From Phoronis australis (Eukaryota; Animalia; Phoronida), in the NCBI GenBank assembly GCA_002633005.1, contig NMRA01000629.1, forward strand, positions 1 through 64,000: a DNA stretch of 64,000 bases. Reading direction: 5' to 3'. The notes beneath the pieces are model-generated. The model saw nothing but the letters and a program-made list of their open reading frames with translations. It was not told the origin of the DNA and did no database searches. Position numbers and translations under genes: made by a program. Below, in pieces: positions 55,401 through 62,681 of the stretch. Positions within the stretch are counted from its first letter, which is position 1; every line of letters starts with the position of its first letter.

Positions 55401-58400
55401 TACGGGTGGACAGGCTACCTCCGGGAACTGCTCATACCCGGTTATCCTTTATTAACTTGAAACAAAAGATGTCGCTACAATACGGTTACGGTATAACAAC
55501 AGGCGCATGCACAGTTGTAAATCTAATCATAACACTGGAAACCACAGAGGCACGAGCTCAAAGGTTTCAGAGAGTGCTAAATGTTCTGCATCCCGTGAGA
55601 AAATGTTCGGCTTCTTTACATGTAGTTGCTGTTGTGTGATTCTCGGCCATTTAAATTCCTGCCCGTCTGCTCGTTGAAAGTTACAAGTAATTGGTCCCTT
55701 CAAGAGGAGGAATATTTTACGTAACTGGTTTATCTGTGTTTCCAGCTGATCGTTTAATCTTGTGACACGCATTCTAATTAGTCGGTCTTTTTTTCTTCAA
55801 GTGGTCTTACGGTGTCGTCTTGTGGGAACTTCTGACCCGTGGAGTATTTCCGTATCCGGAAGTGGACAACTGGGACATAAAGAGATACTTGGAAAATGAC
55901 AGGAGACTTCCCCAGCCAGAGTTCTGTCCAAAGAGAGTGTAAGTCAAAACATTACAATGTCTCCAAGGAACATAAAAGCTCAACAGTTTCATTTGCACAA
56001 CACGAGTTCAGGAGCCTGCTTGGCTTACGTGTAGCATAGCATTACCAATTCCACTGGCAACTCAATGAACATAGCCTGGATGCCAGTCAGTTTTGGATGC
56101 ATCCTTAGATTACATGTACATGTACCTACATGTTAAAGGTCAGAAAGACGTCGTTATATCGACACTTCCACGATGAGTCGAGGTGTATTGTATAGCTATT
56201 GAGACAATGGTGTTGCTAGAGAAATGTATCTTGATATCAAACCGTTGAACATGACTCGTCAATGTTAAATTGTAAATGTAGCCAAAAGAGTTTGTAAACA
56301 CCACAGGTAAACGTTTCTTGGATATTTTTGTCTGAAAGTAGACCAAACACCGGCTAACTTAACACCAAAATGTCATTTTCCTGTTTCACTAAAAGGATAC
56401 CAAAAGCGGTTTTGGCATTTTAATAGATACCAATAACGACTTTATCACCCGTTTCTCTTAAAAAATAATGCTCTTTAACCCTCGACAACAGTTTCAAAAG
56501 TTGTGAGGAAGATTGGAAAACATCTTTCCAAGTCTGCCAAACGAGTAAGCGCGACCTACCGTTTTATAGCGAATTACACGGCAAGTGTGGAAATACATGT
56601 AGACCATCCACAAAGGATCACAATGCCCAATCTGTGACGTAGGGAGTACAAATTTTTATAGATTCCTGCGTTTATATGTAGCTTGGAAGATTGACGCCAA
56701 TGATCCATTAGCAGGTAATAGCATGGGGATTGGTGGAAATGATCAAACAAATTTGAGTATCCTTTCGACTTTCTTAAAACCGCAAGTTAGCCTGCTGCAG
56801 ACTAAAGGGTGGTCTGTTTGACCTAAGTTTTCGACTATTGTGACTGTAAACTGTTGAATTACAAAATTCTTTGATAACGTTTGCAATCTAATACTCAACA
56901 ATGACGCAGTTAAAAGATCGTATGCGTTTTATTCTGGGACTGGCAAAAGACAATATTGTGCAACTTACCTGCACTGAAATATGAAATATGTTCCAGCCAC
57001 AGCAAGGTCTTCTCAAATAAACGACATGACTATTTCAATCCAAGATGCTGGAAATCTATCCCCAATTAGAGTTTTAAGACCAATGTTATTCTTGAATCTT
57101 CATTTCACACACCGCCTTGCTTACAGTTTTGTCCGCAAAGTGGCGAGATTGTATTGTATGTTCACCTAAGCCAAAAACAACTAATTTCTATCGAAGTTAA
57201 AACTTAATCCGACTGTTTGTTCGATATCAAAGGCCTTCTTTACTGAATTGTTCTCTTCATACTAACTTAACCGGAACTTGAATAGTACTTTAGGAGTCAC
57301 ATTTCATGAAACGGGACCCAGAATAGAGAGAAAAAACACGTGCACCTCTAATTGGACGCGTATTGTTATCGTTTCGGCTTTGCTTGAGACCATTTACATG
57401 TACCTCGACACATGACAATAAACAGAGCATGTACCCTCATAACTCTGTCGGTTCAAAATAATGAAAGCACTCCGAGGAGCGACACTTGGCGAAATTAACA
57501 GAAAAGACGACGATAGAGATGATGACGAAGTTTACGAGTATGACGACGATGCTGGCGATGATAAACAACTCAAGTAATGATAACATTCACAAGACGAACG
57601 TAGAGCCCAGACATCATTAAGTATAGGCTACAGTCTTGAACGACACTTGGCGAAATTAACTGAAAAGACGACGACGGAAATGATGACGAAGATAACGAAT
57701 GTGATGACGATGGTGACGATACTGAACAACATCATAACATTCATATGAAGCACTTAGATGCCATAAATCAGCAAGAAATAGGCTATACTCTTGTTCAATA
57801 GAAACTAAACCAACAACAATGCAGCAACAGCGCTAAACAAAGGAACAGCGCTATCAGAAAATCTCGAACAATTCGAAAAGTAGACGTCATAGTGAAAATG
57901 GAAACCATCTTCTGAAAGCCCGTTCAAAACTATCTAAACTGATGGTATCGTCTAATTTCGAAAATTTTTCGAAAAAAAAATAAAATTTTGGGTTTTTTTA
58001 AGAATTTCAAAGTCAATTAACTCCAAAACGGTAAGTCTGAAAAAATTGTTACAGGTCATTTGAAAGGGTATACCTCAAAGAATCCACTTGCAAAATTCAC
58101 GTCATTCTCTCTTCAAGGTATACATTTAAAATGGCACCCCAGCACGACTGAAAATGGGTCAATATGCGCCAGATCCGCTATCTTGGAAGCAACTTCCGGG
58201 TTTTTTAGTTTGGATTAATACATTGTCACAAGAAACAAAAACTTGCAAGAATTCGGAAGAATTGGCTTTATAATGCGCCCTCTACCGGAGAAAACGTTTT
58301 TTGCCCAAAATCGAGGTGCGCATACGCGATTGCCGATATTTCCGCCATCTTTACCCGGAAGTTAACAATTTCTGGTACATATGTAACACACGCCCTTTTC

Positions 58401-60097
58401 AATAATTTTACCGATTATCAGCCCTTTACGTAAAAAAATTAAAGGCTCCAGGGGCATTTGAATCTTAAAATGGAAACAAAATGGCCGCCATATCCGCCAT
58501 CTTGGATCCGATTATGACGAAAAACAATAGGATTCCAGGACTTCTGAAACTAAGTGCTGTGTGTAAATTTCGTGATAATCGGACGAAAATTGCGACCTGT
58601 ACCGTGCAAACAAAAAAAAACTTAGTGACAGAGCAACATACATGTACAGTGTACATGTACTTGGCGAAATTTATTACGCCAAGAAAAAACGCTTAACTCT
58701 GGGAGGTGTATTCAGTGGCGGATCTAGGATATCACAAGGGGGGGGGGCAACATTTTGTCTGTAAGCATTTGCGCAAACCACGATTGTAGATTCGCATAGC
58801 ACCGAATGGGGGGAGGTCGGGAGAGGGGTTTGCACCCTTCCCGCCCAGGAATTTTTTCTGTATTATTCTAAACAACTAAAGCATTTTCCTTGAATCCTGA
58901 AGTATTATCCAAGAAAAAAAGCAAACAAAAACGGAGAACGTGTCAAACAGGATAAACTGCAAATACCGCTGTCTCGAACTCAGGACCTGGCGGAAAGAGC
59001 GCGCGTGCTTTACCACTACACCACAACGATTTAACTCCTAATCTGTTACTAAGAGACCTATTTGTTTATAGTCCACAGCGTTTGCGCGCGAAACCTACTT
59101 CTTTTTGTAATGCTTATTACACGATTTATATTTTGTGCAATCAGTTCATAACAAATTTGTTGTAGGTATTTGAAATAGTCTTCAAATGCCCAAAAGACCA
59201 AATCCGTTTTCGTGTTGGCAACAGTGACGGGATTGCTCTAGAAATCGTCTTCAGATAAGGTTTGACAAAGAGAGAGTTTTGAGTTTCTGAGTGATTCACT
59301 AAGGCATCGATTAAAATTCACATCTTACCAGAAGCTTCTGTTTTTTCATCGTCACTCAGGTTCCATTTTCTTTAAAAAATGAAGTAAATTTTCTTCATTG
59401 CACAGTGGAGCAGACGACGGAAACGGTGTCGTAGTGCGCAGTGCCACTGCCGGTCGCCTGGAATATCGCGGGAGAGCCTTATACTTAGCCATAGTTCCGT
59501 TGCGATTGCGCCGTGTTCCGAATTCGACACTTGAAATTGGATCTGAGCCCCCCTCCCGACCCCAAACACTAAAACTGCACACATTTAAATCTCGTTTCAT
59601 TCGTATAATTTTAATTACCGGGTTTAATTAATAAACTCAACATTTCCCTACGCTCTTGCTGTTTTATTTTTTTGCGACAACCAAGGGTGGGGACCTGCCC
59701 CCCTCCTAAATCCGCCTATGGTGTATTATTTTCGTGAAAATATTATATCACTTTACCGTTAGTGGAGTGGTCGGTTCTCCTGCAACTGCAAAATAGGTAA
59801 TCTACAATTTTGTGACCAACTGTGCAGTGAAGTGTCAATAACAGTTGCCTGGCCTTTATCTGACTCTTTTGTTGCAGTTACAATATCATGCGACAGTGCT
59901 GGCTCCTCAATCCATCTGACAGACCGTCGTTTGCTGAACTGGCCAACCATCTTCAGGCACTGATAACGCCTACATTGGCGGACGCAAGTGTGGAGGATTG
60001 TCCTACGGAAAATCCTTACGTCAGTCTCGACAGAACTACCCTGAACAAAAACTTGCCAGTGAACTCGTATGCTTATGAAAGCTGCAAAATGGATTAG
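3518..60097 (+). CDS. MET: Whole spliced gene (26 coding exons, ~1572 aa): MET/RON-family receptor tyrosine kinase with plexin-type ectodomain (Sema-PSI-TIG-PSI-TIG-PSI-IPTx4-TM-TK)
   Basis: Exons joined by hand at GT-AG boundaries. Phases match at all 25 junctions and the lengths sum to 4719 nt with no internal stop. Kinase motifs are MET-like: [59 protein letters not shown]. The symbol denotes family (MET-like); strict orthology is not established. Confidence 0.9.
4930..5420 (-). mobile_element. Possible degraded L1-type LINE 3' end
   Basis: The minus strand gives fragments resembling the HLF..C...FW C-terminal motif and is AT-rich. Heavily decayed; boundaries are approximate. Confidence 0.25.
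5755..10856 (-). mobile_element. Kolobok-type family A element (reverse copy), internally deleted and interrupted by a 4.2-kb Helentron-like insert
   Basis: 5755-6535 is the reverse complement of the right part of the 20583-22234 element. 10826-10860 (TTAATTAAATCGGATGGCATTCTCCT-TTAA) is the reverse complement of its left terminus plus TTAA. Confidence 0.7.
6570..10800 (+). mobile_element. Stack of Helentron-associated (HINE/DINE-1-like) non-autonomous elements with internal tandem repeats
   Basis: 5' ends carry an ACTCTGCGC..GCGCAGAGT inverted repeat (6633; degenerate at 6572) followed by a (TTC/TTA) microsatellite. 3' ends read CACGCGCAGAGT..GCATACGCAAT(T/A)GCGTTCT(A/G)GTT at ~7681-7724 and ~9205-9248. 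Bodies are built from repeated AAAGGTCATTAAGTGCA-containing units. Confidence 0.65.
11281..11386 (+). CDS. Coding exon 2: Sema domain ([20 protein letters not shown]...RTCK)
   Basis: Acceptor ttctag, donor GTAAGC, phase 2 to 0. Matches the plexin segment following SALC.F. Too short for the ORF track. Confidence 0.82.
12830..13760. repeat. Diverged tandem units (~280 bp), probably the body of a non-autonomous rolling-circle-type element
   Basis: 13020-13130 resembles 13292-13410 (GGATC..TGACGTTGAT..TAGTGGCATTTT). 12855-12910 resembles 13555-13610. Confidence 0.45.
14088..14785 (-). mobile_element. Solo LTR-like sequence
   Basis: The minus strand begins TGTCAG and ends ATGACA. It contains TATAAATA (~14516-14523), then short direct repeats (TCAAGTCAGTTCAAGAG), then AATAAA (~14178-14183), the order expected for U3-R-U5. 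No target-site duplication found. Confidence 0.55.
14870..15175. repeat. Array of palindromic AAACTTAAGTTT units
   Basis: AACTTAAGTT and close variants repeat more than ten times with short spacers. Preceded at 14849 by GGCTGCGTTCC, which resembles a DNA-transposon terminus. Confidence 0.8.
16056..16759. other. Assembly gap (N run)
   Basis: Run of N. The 258-aa ORF listed across it is an artefact. Confidence 1.
18135..18344 (+). CDS. Coding exon 3: Sema domain (...[26 protein letters not shown])
   Basis: Acceptor ttccag, donor GTTCGT, 210 nt, phase 0-0. Sema motif TV.F/Y.GT..G.L.K. Confidence 0.9.
18503..18622 (+). CDS. Coding exon 4: end of Sema domain (IHVK...[18 protein letters not shown])
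   Basis: Acceptor tttcag, donor GTATGA, 120 nt, phase 0-0. Plexin DM.F......LYVM motif. Confidence 0.9.
19331..22556 (-). mobile_element. 5'-truncated Tx1/L1-clade LINE (post-RT ORF2 and C-terminus), split by a Kolobok insertion
   Basis: Minus-strand peptides [78 protein letters not shown] and [17 protein letters not shown] are typical of the L1/Tx1 ORF2. A T-run at 19332 marks the 3' tail. TGGCTGT occurs near both ends (possible TSD). Confidence 0.8.
20583..22234 (+). mobile_element. Kolobok-type non-autonomous DNA transposon family A (complete, 1.65 kb) with THAP-domain remnant
   Basis: Perfect 15-bp TIRs AGGAGAATGCCACCC / GGGTGGCATTCTCCT, flanked by TTAA (left) and TTTA (right). TTAA-AGGRR termini are characteristic of Kolobok/T2. 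The THAP motif P.C..SFFRLP....RKW....RVCGRHF..SDF lies at 20745-20935. No DDE domain seen. Confidence 0.8.
24739..24839 (+). CDS. Coding exon 5: PSI1 ([26 protein letters not shown])
   Basis: Acceptor ttttgcag, donor GTAAGT, 101 nt, phase 0-2. DPHCGWC is the plexin PSI signature. Confidence 0.95.
25339..30448. mobile_element. 5.1-kb TIR element with TA target duplication and GCCGAC-rich subterminal repeats
   Basis: TA|CAGCACACATCACG..GGTCGGAAATTGGTCGACGAC at the left end; its reverse complement ends CGTGATGTGTGCTG|TA at the right. TIR ~70 bp. No long ORF inside. Confidence 0.75.
30501..30645 (+). CDS. Coding exon 6: end of PSI1 and start of TIG1 (CSLSSEC..KW....[10 protein letters not shown])
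   Basis: Acceptor ttgctag, donor GTAAGT, phase 2-0. Confidence 0.9.
30730..31060 (-). mobile_element. LINE ORF2 C-terminal zinc-knuckle fragment
   Basis: [35 protein letters not shown] resembles the R.GH..L...L......C..C....ET..H motif at non-LTR ORF2 C-termini. Confidence 0.5.
31319..31460 (+). CDS. Coding exon 7: plexin TIG1 ([14 protein letters not shown]...GVRCITP)
   Basis: Acceptor ttttacag, donor GTTAGT, phase 0-1. LP....F.C.F.....V.C.TP pattern of the plexin TIG domain. Confidence 0.9.
32640..33080 (+). mobile_element. Possible decayed PIF/Harbinger transposase fragment
   Basis: Frameshifted pieces DSFGV and IPQM..SIDGTQ recall the FG.S and G.IDGTH Harbinger motifs. Many disruptions. 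Confidence 0.3.
33692..33788 (+). CDS. Coding exon 8: end of TIG1 and start of PSI2 ([28 protein letters not shown])
   Basis: Acceptor tttttcag, donor GTAAGT, phase 1-2. Closely matches the plexin-A motif L.L.S.ETG..F.S..F.FY.C. Confidence 0.92.
34749..34962 (+). CDS. Coding exon 9: PSI2 and start of TIG2 ([20 protein letters not shown]...CPRI)
   Basis: Acceptor ttgtag, donor GTCAGT, phase 2-0. PSI cysteine pattern. Confidence 0.93.
35195..35690 (+). mobile_element. 3' fragment of an RLE-type (HERO/R2-group-like) non-LTR retrotransposon with 3'UTR
   Basis: Decayed [11 protein letters not shown], then [33 protein letters not shown]...[10 protein letters not shown] with a stop at ~35526. This matches the ELTVPWE..KY.EL..PVEVGCRGF..AE.GS.W pattern of the restriction-like endonuclease C-terminus. 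Confidence 0.7.
35598..35665 (+). ncRNA. Candidate rearranged (pseudoknotted) hammerhead ribozyme, probably degenerate
   Basis: AUC site (35604-06) followed by CUGAGC, which pairs perfectly with GCUCAG directly before CUGAUGA (35651-57). GAAA at 35623-26. Stems II and III are imperfect. Confidence 0.35.
36380..38020 (+). mobile_element. Kolobok-type family A, older diverged copy
   Basis: Colinear with 20610-22234, including the THAP remnant [21 protein letters not shown]. Right TIR GGGTGGCATGCTCTT; left TIR not recognisable. Confidence 0.78.
38541..38645 (+). CDS. Coding exon 10: TIG2 ([13 protein letters not shown]...TVTCLGNTE)
   Basis: Acceptor tttttatag, donor GTGCGT, 105 nt, phase 0-0. 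Plexin GQ.GYEC motif. Confidence 0.9.
39720..39813 (+). CDS. Coding exon 11: end of TIG2 ([24 protein letters not shown])
   Basis: Acceptor ttttcag, donor GTGAGT, phase 0-1. Plexin-A motif VWNG.F.IDNP. Confidence 0.92.
40989..41134 (+). CDS. Coding exon 12: PSI3 ([23 protein letters not shown]...CP)
   Basis: Acceptor tttacag, donor GTATGT, phase 1-0. Plexin LYKC......CG.C pattern. Confidence 0.88.
42198..42452 (+). CDS. Coding exon 13: IPT1 ([14 protein letters not shown]...C...IVC...FSYK)
   Basis: Acceptor cttcag, donor GTAAGG, 255 nt, phase 0-0. Confidence 0.92.
42736..42878 (+). CDS. Coding exon 14: IPT2 first half ([24 protein letters not shown])
   Basis: Acceptor cttcag, donor GTAAGT, phase 0-2. 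P..GP.SGGT.ITI.G motif. Confidence 0.93.
44066..44236 (+). CDS. Coding exon 15: end of IPT2 and start of IPT3 (..[20 protein letters not shown])
   Basis: Acceptor cttttag, donor GTACGT, phase 2-2. Confidence 0.88.
44635..44734 (+). CDS. Coding exon 16: IPT3 ([20 protein letters not shown])
   Basis: Acceptor ttttag, donor GTAAGA, phase 2-0. Confidence 0.9.
46902..47150 (+). CDS. Coding exon 17: end of IPT3 and start of IPT4 ([27 protein letters not shown])
   Basis: Acceptor tcttaaag, donor GTAAGC, 249 nt, phase 0-0. Plexin GFIMDNV motif. Confidence 0.9.
47774..47950 (+). CDS. Coding exon 18: IPT4 ([28 protein letters not shown])
   Basis: Acceptor gtatag, donor GTAGGA, 177 nt, phase 0-0. Confidence 0.9.
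48534..48747 (+). CDS. Coding exon 19: end of IPT4, transmembrane helix and basic juxtamembrane helix
   Basis: [15 protein letters not shown], then [25 protein letters not shown], then RRK stop-transfer. Acceptor ttgttag, donor GTATGT, phase 0-1. Confidence 0.93.
49605..49745 (+). CDS. Coding exon 20: juxtamembrane to kinase start (..[26 protein letters not shown])
   Basis: Acceptor ttcctcag, donor GTCAGT, 141 nt, phase 1-1. Supplies the first G of GxGxFG. Confidence 0.88.
50170..50255. repeat. Imperfect (TTG/CTG)n microsatellite
   Basis: Visible trinucleotide run; it explains the poly-Leu ORF at 50092-50301. Confidence 0.8.
50333..50413 (+). CDS. Coding exon 21: kinase subdomains I-II ([13 protein letters not shown])
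   Basis: Acceptor catgcag, donor GTAAGT, 81 nt, phase 1-1. Confidence 0.95.
50564..50751 (+). CDS. Coding exon 22: kinase subdomains III-V ([32 protein letters not shown])
   Basis: Acceptor tttacag, donor GTTGGT, phase 1-0. Confidence 0.95.
51215..51324 (+). CDS. Coding exon 23: kinase subdomain VI ([21 protein letters not shown])
   Basis: Acceptor catgtag, donor GTATGT, 110 nt, phase 0-2. Confidence 0.96.
52065..52478. mobile_element. MITE-like element with inverted terminal repeats
   Basis: CACAACCCCCTCTACAAACGACCCCTTTGAGCCACGAC (~52085) is the approximate reverse complement of GTCATGGGTCGAGAGGTTCGTTTATCGAGGGGGTTGTG (~52426-52463). Confidence 0.55.
52784..52946 (+). CDS. Coding exon 24: kinase subdomains VII-IX ([35 protein letters not shown])
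   Basis: Acceptor gttcag, donor GTGAGT, phase 2-0. Y-x3-YY activation loop as in MET. Confidence 0.96.
53940..55276 (+). mobile_element. THAP-bearing TTAA-type DNA transposon family B, copy 2
   Basis: THAP remnant [24 protein letters not shown] at ~54050-54125. Shares GGAGCAAGCGATTA, GAGTATGAGCCTCAGC, ACACAAGAC.GAAACGAGTATCATTTACC and terminal GTAGGAAAG.TTTAA with the 19050-23646 copy. Left end approximate. Confidence 0.6.
55802..55938 (+). CDS. Coding exon 25: kinase subdomains IX-X ([32 protein letters not shown])
   Basis: Acceptor ttcttcaag, donor GTAAGT, 137 nt, phase 0-2. Confidence 0.96.
57480..57795 (+). repeat. Two diverged ~160-bp direct repeats rich in GAC/GAT
   Basis: Both units start CGACACTTGGCGAAATTAAC.GAAAAGACGACGA (57480, 57641) and end ATAGGCTA.A.TCTTG. 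Confidence 0.8.
57800..58690 (-). mobile_element. Probable non-autonomous Helentron-like element (reverse orientation)
   Basis: Repeated CCGCCATCTT(G) motifs, a simple-repeat tract near 58610-58660 and a terminal inverted repeat CTTGGCG..CGCCAAG at 58660-58683. Confidence 0.4.
58713..59720. mobile_element. hAT-like MITE (~1 kb) with target-site duplication
   Basis: TIRs CAGTGGCGGATCTAG / CTAAATCCGCCTATG with G-rich and C-rich subtermini. Flanked on both sides by GTGTATT. Confidence 0.75.
58965..59027 (-). pseudogene. tRNA-derived segment (SINE-head-like) inside the MITE
   Basis: Minus strand GTTGTGGTGTAGTGGTAAAGCACGCGCG..AGGTCCTGAGTTCGAGAC has an A box (TGGTGTAGTGG) and a B box (GAGTTCGAGAC) at tRNA-like spacing. 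It does not form a complete cloverleaf. Confidence 0.55.
59878..60097 (+). CDS. Coding exon 26 (last): kinase subdomain XI and C-terminal tail ([21 protein letters not shown]...NPYVSL...MD*)
   Basis: Acceptor gttgcag, phase 2. CW...P..RP.F motif; TAG stop at 60095-60097. Confidence 0.95.
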
Positions 60098-62004
60098 AAA
60101 GTGCCGTTCCTAACCAGGATGTTTTGAAACATGTTTTGTTTATAATGCATGTACCTTGGCAGTTAGCACAGGAAAACCAAACATTACACACGCCAATTTG
60201 AAGGCGACAGCAAAAATGTAACAAAGGACTGCCCAGTATTTTTAACGTAAAGACGTCACCTAAAATCGAACAAAGCATTGTCTATTATTTGTAATTGAAG
60301 TATATTTTTTCATCGCATTTGGGACAGCATACTTTACGACTCTAGTCCTTTCATTTAATACATCCAAATTATAATTTTTAGTTATCGTGTGCCTTTAGTT
60401 GATTTCCTACAGTGTTGATTGGTTCTCGATTTCCGACAGACCAATCTGCCAATTGATGTACACAAATGTATTGTGTCACTGAGCTTTCACTTAACTAATA
60501 CGAGTAACGTCATAGGAATTTTAACGCTACATTTCACGCTGTTTTGCTGGCGATAAAAAATTGAAAAAGGTCTTTTCATTCTCGAAAACTTGGACTCATC
60601 ATATCCCTTGCCGCTATGAGACTCTATTCTGTCTCCAACAAGAACATGGAAGAGTGAGTCAATAAACCTCTTCAAAGTATGTACATTGTAATTGGGATTG
60701 GCCAACACTAAAAGCACGATTTCGAAAATGGCGCAAGTGTGCATTACCCGGGACTAGTGTTTCCGGGTCATTCGACAAAAATTCAAGATTAAGGGTCGGT
60801 GTGGTAATGTTTTTAAACTCCCTCAAGCATTCCGTTAAGAATGCAGAATTGACAGCTAAAATGCGACGAAAAGCTCTCTTCAGAAGGATGCCTCCCTTTC
60901 ATTTTAACGCGTACCTATTTGTGCATCTGAAATGTGTGGTGGGGTATTCTCTTCCTGCGGTTTTCATTATGTGGTATTTTAGTTCATGTTTTAGTATTAT
61001 TGTATTTCATTTAGGCTTATGATCAACATAACTCTACTAGAATGCCATGTTTCAAGAAATACGGAAACCGGATCTGGATGAACTTGGCGTTTTTTTGTGT
61101 GTGCTACCCTGCTTAACAACTTTATACCGTGTTTTAATACATTTATAGCAAAGCAATATGTCTTGTTCAATTATTCATGATAAAACTGTATTCCATAAAC
61201 AGATGTGGATTTTTGCATTTCTAGTTTTGAAGATACATCAGTACAAGTAACCACTCTGAGTTGTAGATGGGTTCATTCGAATTTACACAACAGAATAATG
61301 ATGGATAATGTTCGACGAAAGTCAGCAGCAATTAGAACTGAAATTCCGAGCACGATGGAAGGTGAATTGGACTAGGTTTACACAACGTGCAAACTCTAAA
61401 CATCCATGTTTTTTTTTGTCCAAGGTTACGCAGCAATGCGCGCACTTGGCCTTTAATATGGGGGCTCGAATTTCTGACGATGTGGACATTTTGCTAACAA
61501 AAACGAGCGGGATGACTAAAAATTGCGCGTTTACGCCAGTTTAGTGGACTTTTGTCTCCTTTTGTGTTTCCCTGAGGCGGACCTTTTTGCCCACCTCGTT
61601 CGAGCTCCCCCCCCCCCTTTCCGAGCCCTCCGCCTTCCCCCTGGGTGCGTACATGCATAGCAGCATGAAAGGTTCACCGTGAAAAGGGCTCTATAATAAA
61701 AAGCGGTTGGCACTTTGCAAAAATTTGTAAGACATACTGTACTTAAATGTAGGTAAAGGTGACTTTGAATAAACAATTCCTATCACTTAAATATAATTTA
61801 ATATAATTTATTTTATAAACTACTGGACAGATCATATATGACACAAACATGTCATTTCGGAAAACATTTACAGTAGAAATGTCTCATGATGCGATCACTG
61901 GTAGCCATACTTGATGGAGAAGGAATGTAGAAACATTACGGAAATTATGTGACAAGTCATGTATGTGGAAAACATTAGTCAAGCATTCCCAATTATCGAA
62001 TGAC

Positions 62005-62118
62005 TTATGTAAAGAAATAAGCCAATTCTTCTTCTTCGCGGTTGGCCCTTTCCGCGCTTCCATCATCTTTCTTCTTGAGCCTGGGCGGCTCGGAACGTGT
62101 CACAAGTTTCTTTCCCGT
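62005..62118 (-). CDS. CFAP100: CFAP100/CCDC37-family last coding exon (TGKKLVTRSEPP...EEEELAYFFT*)
   Basis: Acceptor gttctag on the minus strand, 114 nt including TAA. The G.KL..RSEPP..EEE...FFT C-terminus is characteristic of CCDC37/CCDC38. Confidence 0.85.
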   Translation of the reverse strand, partial: TGKKLVTRSEPPRLKKKDDGSAERANREEEELAYFFT

Positions 62119-62681
62119 CTAGAACGATAAATAAACACCACACTGTGTCAGTAAAGTTAGCAGGCTTCTGATTTAATTCCATCCAAACAATTGATGGTCA
62201 CTAGACGCACACATGAGTTGATGTGAGCAACAGCTGTTTACAATTAAGTTCAAAAGATAAAATCACTGACGACGATTCATCTACAAAAAGGCCGACAATC
62301 ATAGAATAAAGCTGGTAAAATGCTGATTTCGTAGCTTCGAGGGAACTACATGTAAATATGCCTGTTGTCTCTCAGGGCAACGTTCAACAAGTTGGCTTGC
62401 CTCGGCCTTTCATTTTATTGGCACAGCACGGCCATAAACTAAAACGTACCGGTTGCTTTCAAAACCGAACAGCACTTCTCATTTGAAAAACAAGCAAGCT
62501 GAGACCAATTTTATAGCAGTGTGTGGTCGAAATCAAAAGTTAGCTTCTTGGATGAAACTTGGGTTCAAAGCCGCTTTAACGTCATGTAAATCAAAAGTCT
62601 GAGCATTTGCAACTCTTATCAGCGCGCACTGGAAAAGTTGACGCAATCCGTTCACTCGTACATTGTACTATATCCACCTAC

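Noticed and set aside
58965-59027. Functional tRNA gene
   Set aside because: A and B boxes are present, but the acceptor and anticodon stems do not pair properly and it sits inside a MITE.
49605-59960. Pseudokinase
   Set aside because: The G-loop, VAVK lysine, alphaC Glu, HRD, DFG and activation-loop tyrosines are all intact.
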